This document shows positions 33,123-42,125 of a stretch of 42,125 nucleotides of DNA, piece after piece (positions within the stretch are counted from its first letter, which is position 1; each line of letters begins with the position of its first letter). Made by a program: the position numbers and the translations under genes. The DNA is from Basidiobolus meristosporus CBS 931.73 (Eukaryota; Fungi; Basidiobolomycota), in contig MCFE01000722.1 of the NCBI GenBank assembly GCA_002104905.1, positions 1-42,125 on the forward strand, written 5' to 3'. The notes under the pieces were generated by a model. That model saw only the letters and a list, made by a program, of their open reading frames with translations. It was not told where the DNA came from and made no database searches.

Positions 33123-33310
33123 TTTGAATGAGTAGCTACGGTATACCAAGCCCCACCTTATATCAATGTGTAAAGTGGTACGTCACCCATTCTGCCAGAG
33201 TTTTGCTAGGGCACTAAGCCTTACGCTAGTTAAACCCAACCTATCAGTCAACAAGCCACCGTCAGTTATTCCCAGTCACAAGGTATGTAAGCGTCCATTG
33301 GCCATGCGTA

Positions 33311-33468
33311 TTAGTAAGCTCCCAAATAGCCATAGCTTTGCCCCTAATTAGCCGGGGAAAACAAACCTAGTCTTGGTCATCTACCACCTGCTTGATTAAT
33401 AGCCGTCCTGATCGTAATTAACTGCTGCCTACTTGATTAATGGCCGATACAGTCGTGATTAACTATTG
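33311..33468. promoter_or_regulatory. Catalase upstream region: TTAGTAA (AP-1/Yap1-type element) and a 2 x 41-bp tandem duplication rich in TGATTAA/TAATTAA
   Basis: TTAGTAA at 33311-33317 is the reverse complement of TTACTAA. Imperfect direct repeat units lie at 33387-33427 and 33428-33468. Function is inferred only. Confidence 0.3.
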
Positions 33469-34301
33469 TAGTCCGCTCCAATCAAAGCTCACTAAGCTTG
33501 AGTCGCTTAAATCCTCAGCACGCTGATCTCACCAACAGTTGGGTTAATTGTCAAGCCATCTAAACCACAATGCTTGTCTTGGCATCGGAAGGGATAGGGA
33601 TACTCGGCAGTTCTTGATCAACACTGTTGTGAAGATGACTCGGGGCCTTTCGGGATCGATTGCCAGAATGATCGTCTCATGCTAGTTTTTGTATAATAGA
33701 CAAGGCATGCCATTTTGTTTACACCAATGGCCAAGCCTTCCTTGGATAAGGGTGTGAAGTATTTAGCAATATATTGCAGATGCTTTCTCATTGGCTGCCT
33801 ACAGACGCTGTTGGATAATAATTTCTTCCACATCAAATTTGCTCAAGGCGATTGGAGGGAGGGATACTAACCATTATCAAGAGCATTTCAACAGAAGAAG
33901 ATCAGTTACAGCTCCTCTTTAGATCCAATCTATCACTTGTATTCAGCTATGGAGTAAATGTTAATTAAGATATACAAATTCAATCTTTTTTGGATTGAGG
34001 TTTAGTGTCAGTAACAAACAATTGGATGGTCTACTCCCATACAAACAGTACTGCTAGCACAGTGATTTTGAATTAATTGGCCATTGATGTATGCAGTGGC
34101 TCCTCTGTTAGCCACAGTAGCTCCATCTATAACTGGGGCCTAACAATTGTCTCAGCAATAGTAATGGTGGGTAGTGTATCAGATTCAAAGTCTGTGACCT
34201 TTCACCTCAATGGTTCCTAAGTTGCCATTGATTGATTCTCTAGCTTTTCTCTCACTTCTTGATCCTAGACACTCAATTTTCTCCTATGCTTGTGTACATT
34301 G

Positions 34302-34556
34302 TGTTGAAAAAATTTGTAATTGCACCTAAACACACTCCTAACTTGGTCACTTGGATCATTACCTACAAATTTTAGAGAATTCTGTGTAAATTCCTTGTTG
34401 GGATTTACTTGAAATGCTTTCACCCAAGCATGAGGTAGACAGAGCACAAAATTTTGTGAAGTTGTCCAAACAGCCCCAAAATCTGCAAATATGCTCTTGG
34501 GACCTTTCTTAACATAATACATTTATTTGCTTTGCCAAGATCACTTAAAGTATAAA
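34302..34556 (+). repeat. Truncated older LTR of the same family as the copia-2 LTR
   Basis: Begins TGTTG and aligns by eye with the first ~250 bp of the LTR at 36897 and with the reverse complement of 34557-34905. It is cut off just after TATAAA. Confidence 0.7.
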
Positions 34557-34905
34557 TGTTGCAAGAGTCTTGGAGATATTGCAAGTGATTGGGAGAACAA
34601 GTAGATTATGTGGTTTTCACTTAATGATTTACTGAATGTAAAAGTAGTGTTTATGCTTTTACATGGTCTTTACATAACAAACATGCAAAGTAATTTTAGG
34701 AAGATCCCAAGAACATGTGTGCAAAGCTTAGAGCTGTTTGGACAACTTATCTAATTCTCATTTTCTGGGAACCTGATATTTTGGTGAAAATATTCCAAGT
34801 AAATCCCAACAAGGATTTTGGTAAGTATTCTCAAGGATTTGAAGGTAATGATCTAAGTGACTAAGTTAGGTGAATATTTAGGCGGAATTCCAGATTTTTA
34901 CACCA
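34557..34905 (-). repeat. 3' LTR of copia-2 (349 bp)
   Basis: On the minus strand it follows the PPT immediately, starts TGGTG (one change from TGTTG) and ends CAACA. It is homologous to 36897-37244. Confidence 0.8.
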
Positions 34906-36896
34906 CCCCCACTCAGCTAAAGGTTCATACTGACTAGTCCTAATTTTGACCTAAGATATTCAAACTTGTCTCCAGCTAATAGTTTGGTGAATATGTCTGC
35001 AATCATTTCATCTGTAAGACTGTAAGCTAAGTTCACCAAGTCTATCTCTATAGCTTCACATATGAAATGGTGTCTAATATCTATGTGCTTAGTTCTAGCA
35101 TGAAAAGTTGCATTTCTACCTAATTGTATACATCCTTAATTATCTTGAAACAAAGTAATAGGCATTTTTTGACATTAGCCTAAATCTGTAAAAAGCTTTA
35201 TTAACACATTACTTTGTTTGTAGCTTCACATGCTGCCATATTCTCTGCCTCTGTGGCTGAAAGTGCTACAGTTGGTTGCTATCTTGGATTCCATGAAATT
35301 TCTCCTTGACAATAAAGAAAGCTATATCCTGAAGTGGATCTTCTGTCTTCCAAGTTTTGTCCCCAATCAGCATCAGAGTATCCCACAAGATCCTGTTCTG
35401 ATACCTTATAAGTGTATCTTAAGCAGACATCAGCAGTTCCTTTCAGATATCCAAAATCCACTTAACTGTTGCAATATGATCAGATCCACAGCTCTGATTA
35501 TGCCAGCTGACAACTCCCACTGAATAGGAGATATCTGGATGTGTTCCAAGCATGATATACATCAGACTGCCAACCATAGATTGATAAGGAAAGTCAGGGC
35601 TTTCAGATGGCACCAAGCTCTCTTGATTTGGTTGAGTATTGACCAATTTAAGGTTTGTCTCTATTGGGTTAGCTGCTGGTTTACAGTCTTCCATTTGACA
35701 CTTCTTTAGTATATCTTGAATATACTTGGATTGGCTTAGGGTGATAGTCTGGGTACTTCAGTCTATGGAGAACTTTATCCCTAAGTAGTAACTGAGTTCT
35801 CCTAGATTGGACATCTTGAACTCTTTAGATAGGCTGGATTTAGTCTCTTCCAATGCTGCCAGATTATTGGTAGCTATAATAATATCATCCATATATAGAG
35901 CTAATAGAACTGAATTTGCTCTATCAGGCTTATAGTATTTACTATAGTCAGCATTACTCCTTTTCAAACTCAAGGGCTCCAAATAAGAATCTATCTTGCA
36001 ATCCAGGCTTTTGGTGTTTATTTGAGACCATATAGAGATTTTTTGCAGCTTGCAGACCAAATGGGGGCTATCTTGATCAACAAACTCATCAAAACTGGTG
36101 CATATACATGGCCACCTCAAGTTCTTCATTCAAAAATGCAGTTTTTACATCCATTTGATGTATAAAAAGCTTATATATAGCTGTAATAGCCAATACCAAT
36201 CTGATGGAATTAAACTTGGCTACCAGTGCAAAGATTGCAGTATAGTCAAGTCCATTTGTTTGAGAATATCCTTTGGCCACAAGTCTTTCTTTGAGTCTTT
36301 CAATCTTACTATCAGCCTTATACTTTGTCTTAAAGACCCATTTGCATCCAATTGATTTTTGGCCAATTAGTAATTTGACCAAGTCCTAAGTTTGATTTTC
36401 CATCCGGGCCTGATATTCCTCAGTCATTGAAGATCTCCAAAACTTTGTCTGGGGGCTATTTAGGGCCACTTTTACAGTCTGGGGCTCATCAATATGGACT
36501 GAATAGGTGTAGGCTTAGTTTATATCCTCTTTGATATAGTGATTTGGGCTATTTCTGGTCTGGTTGGGTCTCCAGGCTTTTGATACTGGAATAATCACTT
36601 CTGGAATATTCCTGGGCACTGATACATGCTGAGCCATTGGTGTAGAGTCCTCTGGAGCAAAAATGTCTTCATTGTTTTGTTCTGATTCAATCCTGACAAT
36701 AGGTGGACTTGAGATCAGATTTTTGTCATCATCAAATGTCATTTTTTATAAAAATTTTACTTTTCATCAAACAACACATCCCTGGACTTGATTAGCTTCT
36801 TTGGTTTGGTATTGTAGAGTCTGTATGCTTTACTCTCATTGCAGTAGCCCAAGAATATGCATTTTACACTTTTTGGCTCAAATTTTGACTGATTTT

Positions 36897-37244
36897 TGTT
36901 GTAAAAACTTAAAATTCCACCTAAATAATCACCTAACTTAGTCACTTAGATCATTATCTTCAAATTTTAGAGAATATTGAGCAAACTCCTTGTTAGGATT
37001 TACTTAGAATATTTTCTCCAAAATACCAGGTACCAAGAACATGAAAATTCTCAAAATTGTCCAAACAGCCCCAAACTTTGCACACATGTTCTCAGGACCT
37101 TGCTTAGCCTATTCTATGTGTTTGTAATGCCAAGATCATGTAAAAGTATAAATACTACTTTTACATTTAACAAATCATTAAGTGAAAACCACATAATCTA
37201 CTTCTCCTCCCATCACTTCCAATATCTCCAAGACTCTTACAACA
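36897..37244 (+). mobile_element. Solo LTR nested in the copia-2 integrase, opposite orientation
   Basis: TGTTG...CAACA termini with a 4/5-matching target-site duplication (ATTTT / ATTTC). Copia integrase homology resumes on both sides. Confidence 0.8.
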
Positions 37245-37479
37245 ATTTCCAGGCAGTTTCTTGGATTTTGCTGTACACCCAGATATTCTGTAGATGTCCT
37301 GCACTAGGTCTGTATCCATATCATGCTTCAAGTGGAGCAGAATCACAAATTATTAGAGTTGTTCCATTGGATAGTGCCACATTGAGCCATGAGTGCCAAA
37401 TGATGCCACAGTGTGCCAGGGAGGCCAAATGAGCTTACACTTGGCCACAGAGTGTGAAACAAAGCTCTGCATTTTGATG

Positions 37480-37960
37480 CAAAGCTGCTCCTGTGTTTCA
37501 CTCATTGTGTTGGAGAAAATCCATTTTTTGACCTTTTTTTTAGGTCAATGTTGTGCAGGATGTGTAAGAGCACAAAAAGATTAAAGACATGCATCAGGTA
37601 CTCAATACCCATGGCACTCTAAATCTAGCTCCTGTGGCTTGTAGCATGTCACAAAAATGCATGGTACTATCTTGGTCCACTGGTACTATCTGGCACTGAA
37701 TTTAATTATTAGCCCTAAAGTAAGATCTATACAAAGCAATTTTAGTGCCAGATAGTACCAGTGGACCAAGTTAGTACCATGCATTTTTGTGACATGCTAC
37801 AAGCCACAGGAGCTAGATTCAGAGTGCCATGGGTATTGTATACCTGATGCATGTCTTCAGTTCTTCTGTGCTCCTACACATATGGCACAACATTGATCCA
37901 CAAAAAAACATCAAAAAATGATTTCTCCGACATCATAGGTGGAACACAGGGGCTGCTTAG
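37480..37960. mobile_element. Foldback/MITE-like element with ~220-bp inverted arms and a ~40-bp spacer
   Basis: 37584-37700 is almost the exact reverse complement of 37741-37857. The outer arms (CAAAGCTGCTCCTGTG / CACAGGGGCTGCTTAG) match more loosely. No coding capacity. No clear TSD. Confidence 0.75.
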
Positions 37961-38055
37961 GGGGGGGGGATGATAATCACCACATGGTGAAATCTTTATT
38001 TAAATCTTAAATAAAGAAGCCAAGTTTATATATGAATATTTGAGATGCAGTAAGC

Positions 38056-38856
38056 CTACAAGATAAACTTGGACTTTGCTGTATCCCAAATATCATGAAT
38101 ATCAAAGTCTAGAGGAGAATGTAGCAAAACTGCTTGTTCACTGTAGTATTTCTTGAGGAAGTTTATGACTTGAAGGGAAGGAGAGTTTTTCAACAAGCTG
38201 GTAAACCTTTTGAGGAGTTCTTTTTCCAGAGAGAATGGTACAAAGAGTGGAATGTCTAAATGATGTCTGAATATATGCTCTGAGGGCTCCCAGTCCAGCA
38301 TATTCTTGACTTCCTCTGCAAAATCTTCAACAATATCCTTGTCAAGAATAACTTCCAGGAGATCCCTGGCAATGTACTGAATGTTAATAATCTTAGGCAT
38401 ATGAATACCTAGGTCCTTGAGGTAGCTTCTTTGTTCTGAAATTGGGAGATAGCCAGCATTTCTGAAATAGCAAACAGCCCAATTGGCAGTGGGAGGAGTT
38501 TCAGGGCTGACAGGGAATCTTCTTCTGGCTTTAGGGTGCACTGGCTTAGTTGGCTGTCTTGTTCAAAGGGCTGCTGGCTTTGGATGAGCTTGAAGTGCTT
38601 GGGAGTATGCCTGAGTATGAATGGCAGGAGTAGCTGGTTGCTGACAGTGTTCAGATTGACTGGAAGAAGGGCTGGTTGAGGGGTTGCAAGGTAAGGAAGA
38701 AGCTGAAAGAGAAGTAGAGAGTGCTGGGTGAAGTTCAGAGAGAGTTTTCAAAAGAACCTGGATCTGAGATTTCCACATTGAGTTTTCAGCTTCAAGAAGA
38801 GAAACTCTTTGTTCAAGGTAAGAAGTCTGTAAAGAGTGAAAGTTGGGTAAAGATAT
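38056..38856 (-). pseudogene. Retroelement ORF1/gag-like gene relic: coiled coil, Ser/Pro linker and alpha/beta domain
   Basis: One frame from ATA at 38856 (possible ATG mutation): ISLPNFHSLQTSYLEQRVSLLEAENSMWKSQIQVLLKTLSEL, then a S/P/T linker, an in-frame TGA at 38565-38563, then AVCYFRNAGYLPISEQRSYLKDLGIHMPKIINIQYIARDLLEVIL to a stop at 38056. CpG-free like the adjacent RT. Confidence 0.55.
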
Positions 38857-39042
38857 GGAAGAAGTAGATAATAAGAAGAAAGGAGTAGTTGGGGTGGGAG
38901 GGTGGGAAAATAGTTAAGAAGAAAAGAGAGGAAAGATCTGAAATTGAAAATCTCAGAATTTATAGATGGATTTAGGGTAGGAGGGGGGAGACAGTCACCA
39001 ATAGATGAAATCTTTATTTCAGTTGTAACAAAGAAGCCAGTG

Positions 39043-41914
39043 CTACTGTTGTAGCTTTGATACAAGAGTGTGTAGCTCAGGGGAATTTGTAGGTAAGTTA
39101 ATAAGAAGTGATGATAGTTCCTCAGTGCTCAGGACACTGTTCAGTGGGAAGGGGGGTAGCAAGAGAGGTAAGAATGACTTGTGAACAACATTAATGAGGG
39201 GAATGTGATAAGGATTGATATTCATCATAAAGGGAGTGTGCTGCTGCAGATATTGCTGCCAAAGGTCTGTCAAGTACTTCAGGTAGGCCAGCTTGGGTTT
39301 TCTGACTGCAGAATATAGTGAGCAAACTTCTTGACTTCAGGATCTCCAAGTATAGTTCTCCAGCAGGAGCCAGGTGTTGTGTGGTGTGTTCTCTTCCAGG
39401 CCTTAATCAGTGGGTTGTTGCAGTTGTGAAGTCTGAGGTATAATCTGGTTCTAAGGTAGAGAAGTCTGATCTTATAGGGCATAAACCCAAAAGCACCAAG
39501 AATAGCATGTCTGTAGGGGCATTCAGGCAAATGAGGCACCAAGGAGGTAATGCACCATACTGCAAACTTGTCAAGCTTAGTGCAGTCTCTAGAAGTAAGA
39601 GAGAGAAGTGGTAAGCCAAATTCCAGGACAGGGAAGACAAACTGCTTGAGTAGAAGAAGGCAGCTGGGAGCTGAAGTTGTAGGAGGAGTAACAGCCAGTA
39701 GCTTGTGGAGTGCCTGTCTTGCCAGGATAATTCTCTTCTTCAGGTGTGCTCCAGAGTCTAGTCCAGTAGGAAGGAAAGGAAAGCCAAGATATGTAGCAGA
39801 AACCTGAGCAGGTAGAGTGGAGTTCTCCAAGTTGATGGGAGAGCCCAAAGGTGCTGTCTTTGTAATGGAAAGCTGGAGATTATTCTTGTGCAGATACTGG
39901 TGGATGGTCTGGGAGTCTTGATGCACATTGGAGGAGGATATTCTGATGCCATCAGCAAAGAGAGTAACCAGGCAGTCAGCTGAGAGTCTTGGGAAATCAT
40001 TCAGGAAGATGGCAAACAGTATAGGACCAAGCACAGAGCCTTGAACCACTCCATTAGGAATTGAGAACACTGGTGATTGCTCACTTGGGTGAAGAATTCT
40101 TGCTTGTGGATCCAGAAACAGAGACCTGACAAGGAGGGTGAGAGAGGTACTGGAGAAGCATTGCAACTTGGACCAAAGCAGATTTCTGTCAACTGAATCA
40201 AAGGCCTTAGTAATATCAAACAGAACTGAGGGATACTTGCACTGGAGAGAGTGATCTTGGCTAAGTATGACTGCATATTCCAAGGAGAGGCCAGGAATAA
40301 AGCCAAACTGTGCAGGATGAGATTTGAGGGAGTCAGAGTAGAGCTCCTGAGCAAGCAGAAGCTCAAACACCTTTCTGCAGGTGGGCAGCAGAGATATTGG
40401 CCTGTAGGAGCTAGGATCCAGGTGCTTTCCTTTACCCTTGTACAGTGGCAGAACATTTGCAAAGGATCATTCCTCAGGAGTAGAAAGCTGGGCTGAGCAT
40501 TGCTGAGACAGTGGAAGCAGAAGTGCAGACATGGCCTTGGTACTAGTCTTCAGAAGCTCATAGGAGATTGTGTCCACACCTGGAGCAGTAGAGTTGGGAA
40601 GCCTCTTGAGCACATTATGGATTCTCCCTTGATCAAGTGCAAGTGGGATGGGCAGAGTCTTGAAGTCAGGATGAAAGCCAGGAGTTGAGTACTGCTTTGT
40701 AGAGAAGAAGATGTTAGCCAGCTGTTCTGTTGAAGGTAACTTCCTGGAAGAGGGCCTCATTGCCCTGTAGAGTCTTGATACTGTTCTTGTTATAGAGTTG
40801 GAAGATTGCAGAGGCAAGGAACTCATAATATGATCCCAGAGCTGAGTATGCAGAGTGTGGTGAATTGCCTTGGAGTGGTGTATTGCTGTCAGGAGGAGTT
40901 TCTCTGTTTTTGGGTTAGGGAAACTCAGGTAGCTTTGTTGCAGGGCTGAAACAATGGATTCCCATTTTCTTGAGGTAACAGCAGTAGTCTTGCATGGCAG
41001 TGAGAGGGAGGCAGACACCAAAATCAGATGCTTCACAAAGAGCCAGGCATAGTTGAGATCATCAGGCAGAGAAAGTAGCAAACTGGCAAGCTTCAAGTAG
41101 TTCCCAAAGTCTTTCTTCTGATTCTTGGTAGCTTTGTGGGTGAGCACAGTAAGTTTTGGCAGCTTCTTCTTCACAACTGGTTGCATAGAAAGGGACCAGG
41201 CTGGGTGGTCAGAGGCTCTCAAGGATCCTAGCTCAGCTCCAGAGAATTGCTTAACTTCATTCACAAAGTAGAGGCCAGCAGCAGAAGGGCAGATCCAGTC
41301 AACACATCTTTTCTCAGATTGAGCACCTAGTGCTAGCAGATGGCTTTCTCTAAGGAAGTTCAGTAGGAATGTAGACCTTGGCTTCATTCTTGCAGTCAGA
41401 GTAGTCTTGTTCTCAGGATGGGGAATGTTGAGATCTCCAAGCAAGATAACAGGTGTTGATATAGATTGCTGGTATTGCTGAACTTTCTGGCATATAACTT
41501 GCACTTCCTGAAGGGCAAGACTTGGAGGCAGATAGCAGAGCACCAGACTGATAGTTGGCAACTGGAGAGCAGCACAGTAAGGGGAGTAAAGAGGAACACA
41601 GAGCTGAGGAGTATTGATGGTACAAGAGATAGAGCAGATAGAGGAGGTATTCTTTGTTCTAGGAGTAGAAAAGCAATATAGATTAGTCAAAAGTATAGAG
41701 GGTAGCTGGACATCAATCAAACACAGGAGGGAAAATCTTGAAAGAAGTCTCTCTAGAGTTGGTCTTGATGGCTGTATGCTGTTGCAGTTAAGCAACAGAA
41801 CTTCAGGTAGTCAGGCAGAGGTTGTAGCTTCTTCAGAGGCAGCATTGACAATGTGACCTGCAGAGTCCCAGAGCTCTTCAAATGGTGCATCACTTAAGTC
41901 AGCAAGGAGGGAAA
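39043..41914 (-). mobile_element. Non-LTR (LINE-type) retrotransposon APE-endonuclease + RT ORF, inactivated, 5'-truncated at the telomere
   Basis: APE motifs: VLLLNCNSI, LLCLIDVQ, LLGDLN, VDWI, SDH. An in-frame TGA at 40467-40469 is followed by YRPISLL, AQFGF, DITKAFDSV, GVVQGSVLGPILF, LFADG (FADD variant) and YLGFPF. A frameshift near 39290 leads into the C-terminal tail. Confidence 0.93.
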
Positions 41915-41915
41915 T

Positions 41916-42125
41916 TTAGGGTTAGGGTTAGGGTTCTAGTGCTTTAGGGTTAGGGCTAGGGTTAGGGCTAGGGTTAGGTAGGTTAGGGTTAGGGTTAGGG
42001 TTAGGGTTAGGGTTAGGGTTAGGGTTAGGGTTAGGGTTAGGGTTAGGGTTAGGGTTAGGGTTAGGGTTAGGGTTAGGGTTAGGGTTAGGGTTAGGGTTAG
42101 GGTTAGGGTTAGGGTTAGGGTTAGG
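41916..42125 (+). repeat. Telomere (TTAGGG)n with degenerate proximal repeats
   Basis: The array is directly visible to the end of the window. The G-rich strand runs 5'->3' toward the end, as expected for a right chromosome end. Variants (TTCTAGTGCT, CTAGGG, TTAGGTAGG) occur in the first ~65 bp. Confidence 0.98.

Larger units (their letters stand above)
34557..37350 (-). mobile_element. Second, heavily decayed Ty1/copia element (IN C-terminus, RT, RNase H, PPT, 3' LTR)
   Basis: Minus-strand fragments read KFEPKSVKCIFLGYCNESKAYRLY, PIGCKWVFK-like and RLVAKGYSQ, QMDVKTAFLNEEL, ALYMDDIII and GYSDADWG. The PPT GAGTGGGGG is at 34914-34906. An EA*YGYRPSAGHL..GCTA fragment continues beyond 37245. 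The left boundary of homology is approximate. Confidence 0.9.

Noticed and set aside
33560-34300. Short ORFs between catalase and the LTR cluster
   Set aside because: No recognisable motif, signal peptide or splice model; partly CpG-depleted, so probably decayed repeat DNA.
34302-34905. A ~600-bp MITE with long terminal inverted repeats
   Set aside because: The right arm follows a copia polypurine tract and has TG..CA LTR termini, and a full copy with a TSD exists at 36897. Two opposed LTRs explain the structure better.
38529-40920. Isolated TTAGGG-like hexamers inside the LINE (near 38531, 38967 and 40915)
   Set aside because: They are single units within coding or linker sequence, at a frequency compatible with chance; they are not interstitial telomere arrays.
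1-42125. tRNA, rRNA, CRISPR or prokaryotic operon-type systems; the many short GTG/TTG-start ORFs in the track
   Set aside because: No cloverleaf, rRNA or repeat-spacer pattern was seen. The DNA is eukaryotic and spliced, so most short track ORFs are shadow frames or exon fragments.

Overview
This is eukaryotic, almost certainly fungal, DNA from the right-hand end of a chromosome. It has short GT-AG introns of about 40-100 nt and ends in a (TTAGGG)n telomere. An early-diverging fungal lineage is suspected but cannot be shown from the sequence alone. The window has three zones. (1) 1-~5100: a decayed Ty1/copia element with its 3' LTR, CpG-poor. (2) ~5200-33800: a GC- and CpG-rich, gene-dense island. 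It holds three tandem intronless secreted proteins built from 10, 22 and 10 copies of a 20-residue Cys-bracketed amphipathic module, and a secreted Gly-rich block protein. It also holds LEU5-like, NDUFA9, COQ5, ULP1-like, NUP170, CBP6/UQCC2-like, TMEM141-like, DUF202 and catalase genes, plus a secreted protein with four reduced (4-Cys) trefoil-like domains. (3) ~33900-42125: a subtelomere almost free of CpG. It contains a second copia relic with three related LTRs, a foldback/MITE element, and an APE-RT LINE-type element whose reading frame runs straight into the telomere and which carries an extra ORF1-like gene downstream of the RT. The best candidate for an undescribed system is the A/B-alternating Cys-hairpin repeat protein cluster, possibly a functional amyloid or beta-solenoid surface protein family. 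Next are the 4-Cys trefoil protein, the telomere-capped LINE and the complete loss of CpG in repeats. Gene names rest on recognised motifs; no database search was run. Exon models were derived by hand.
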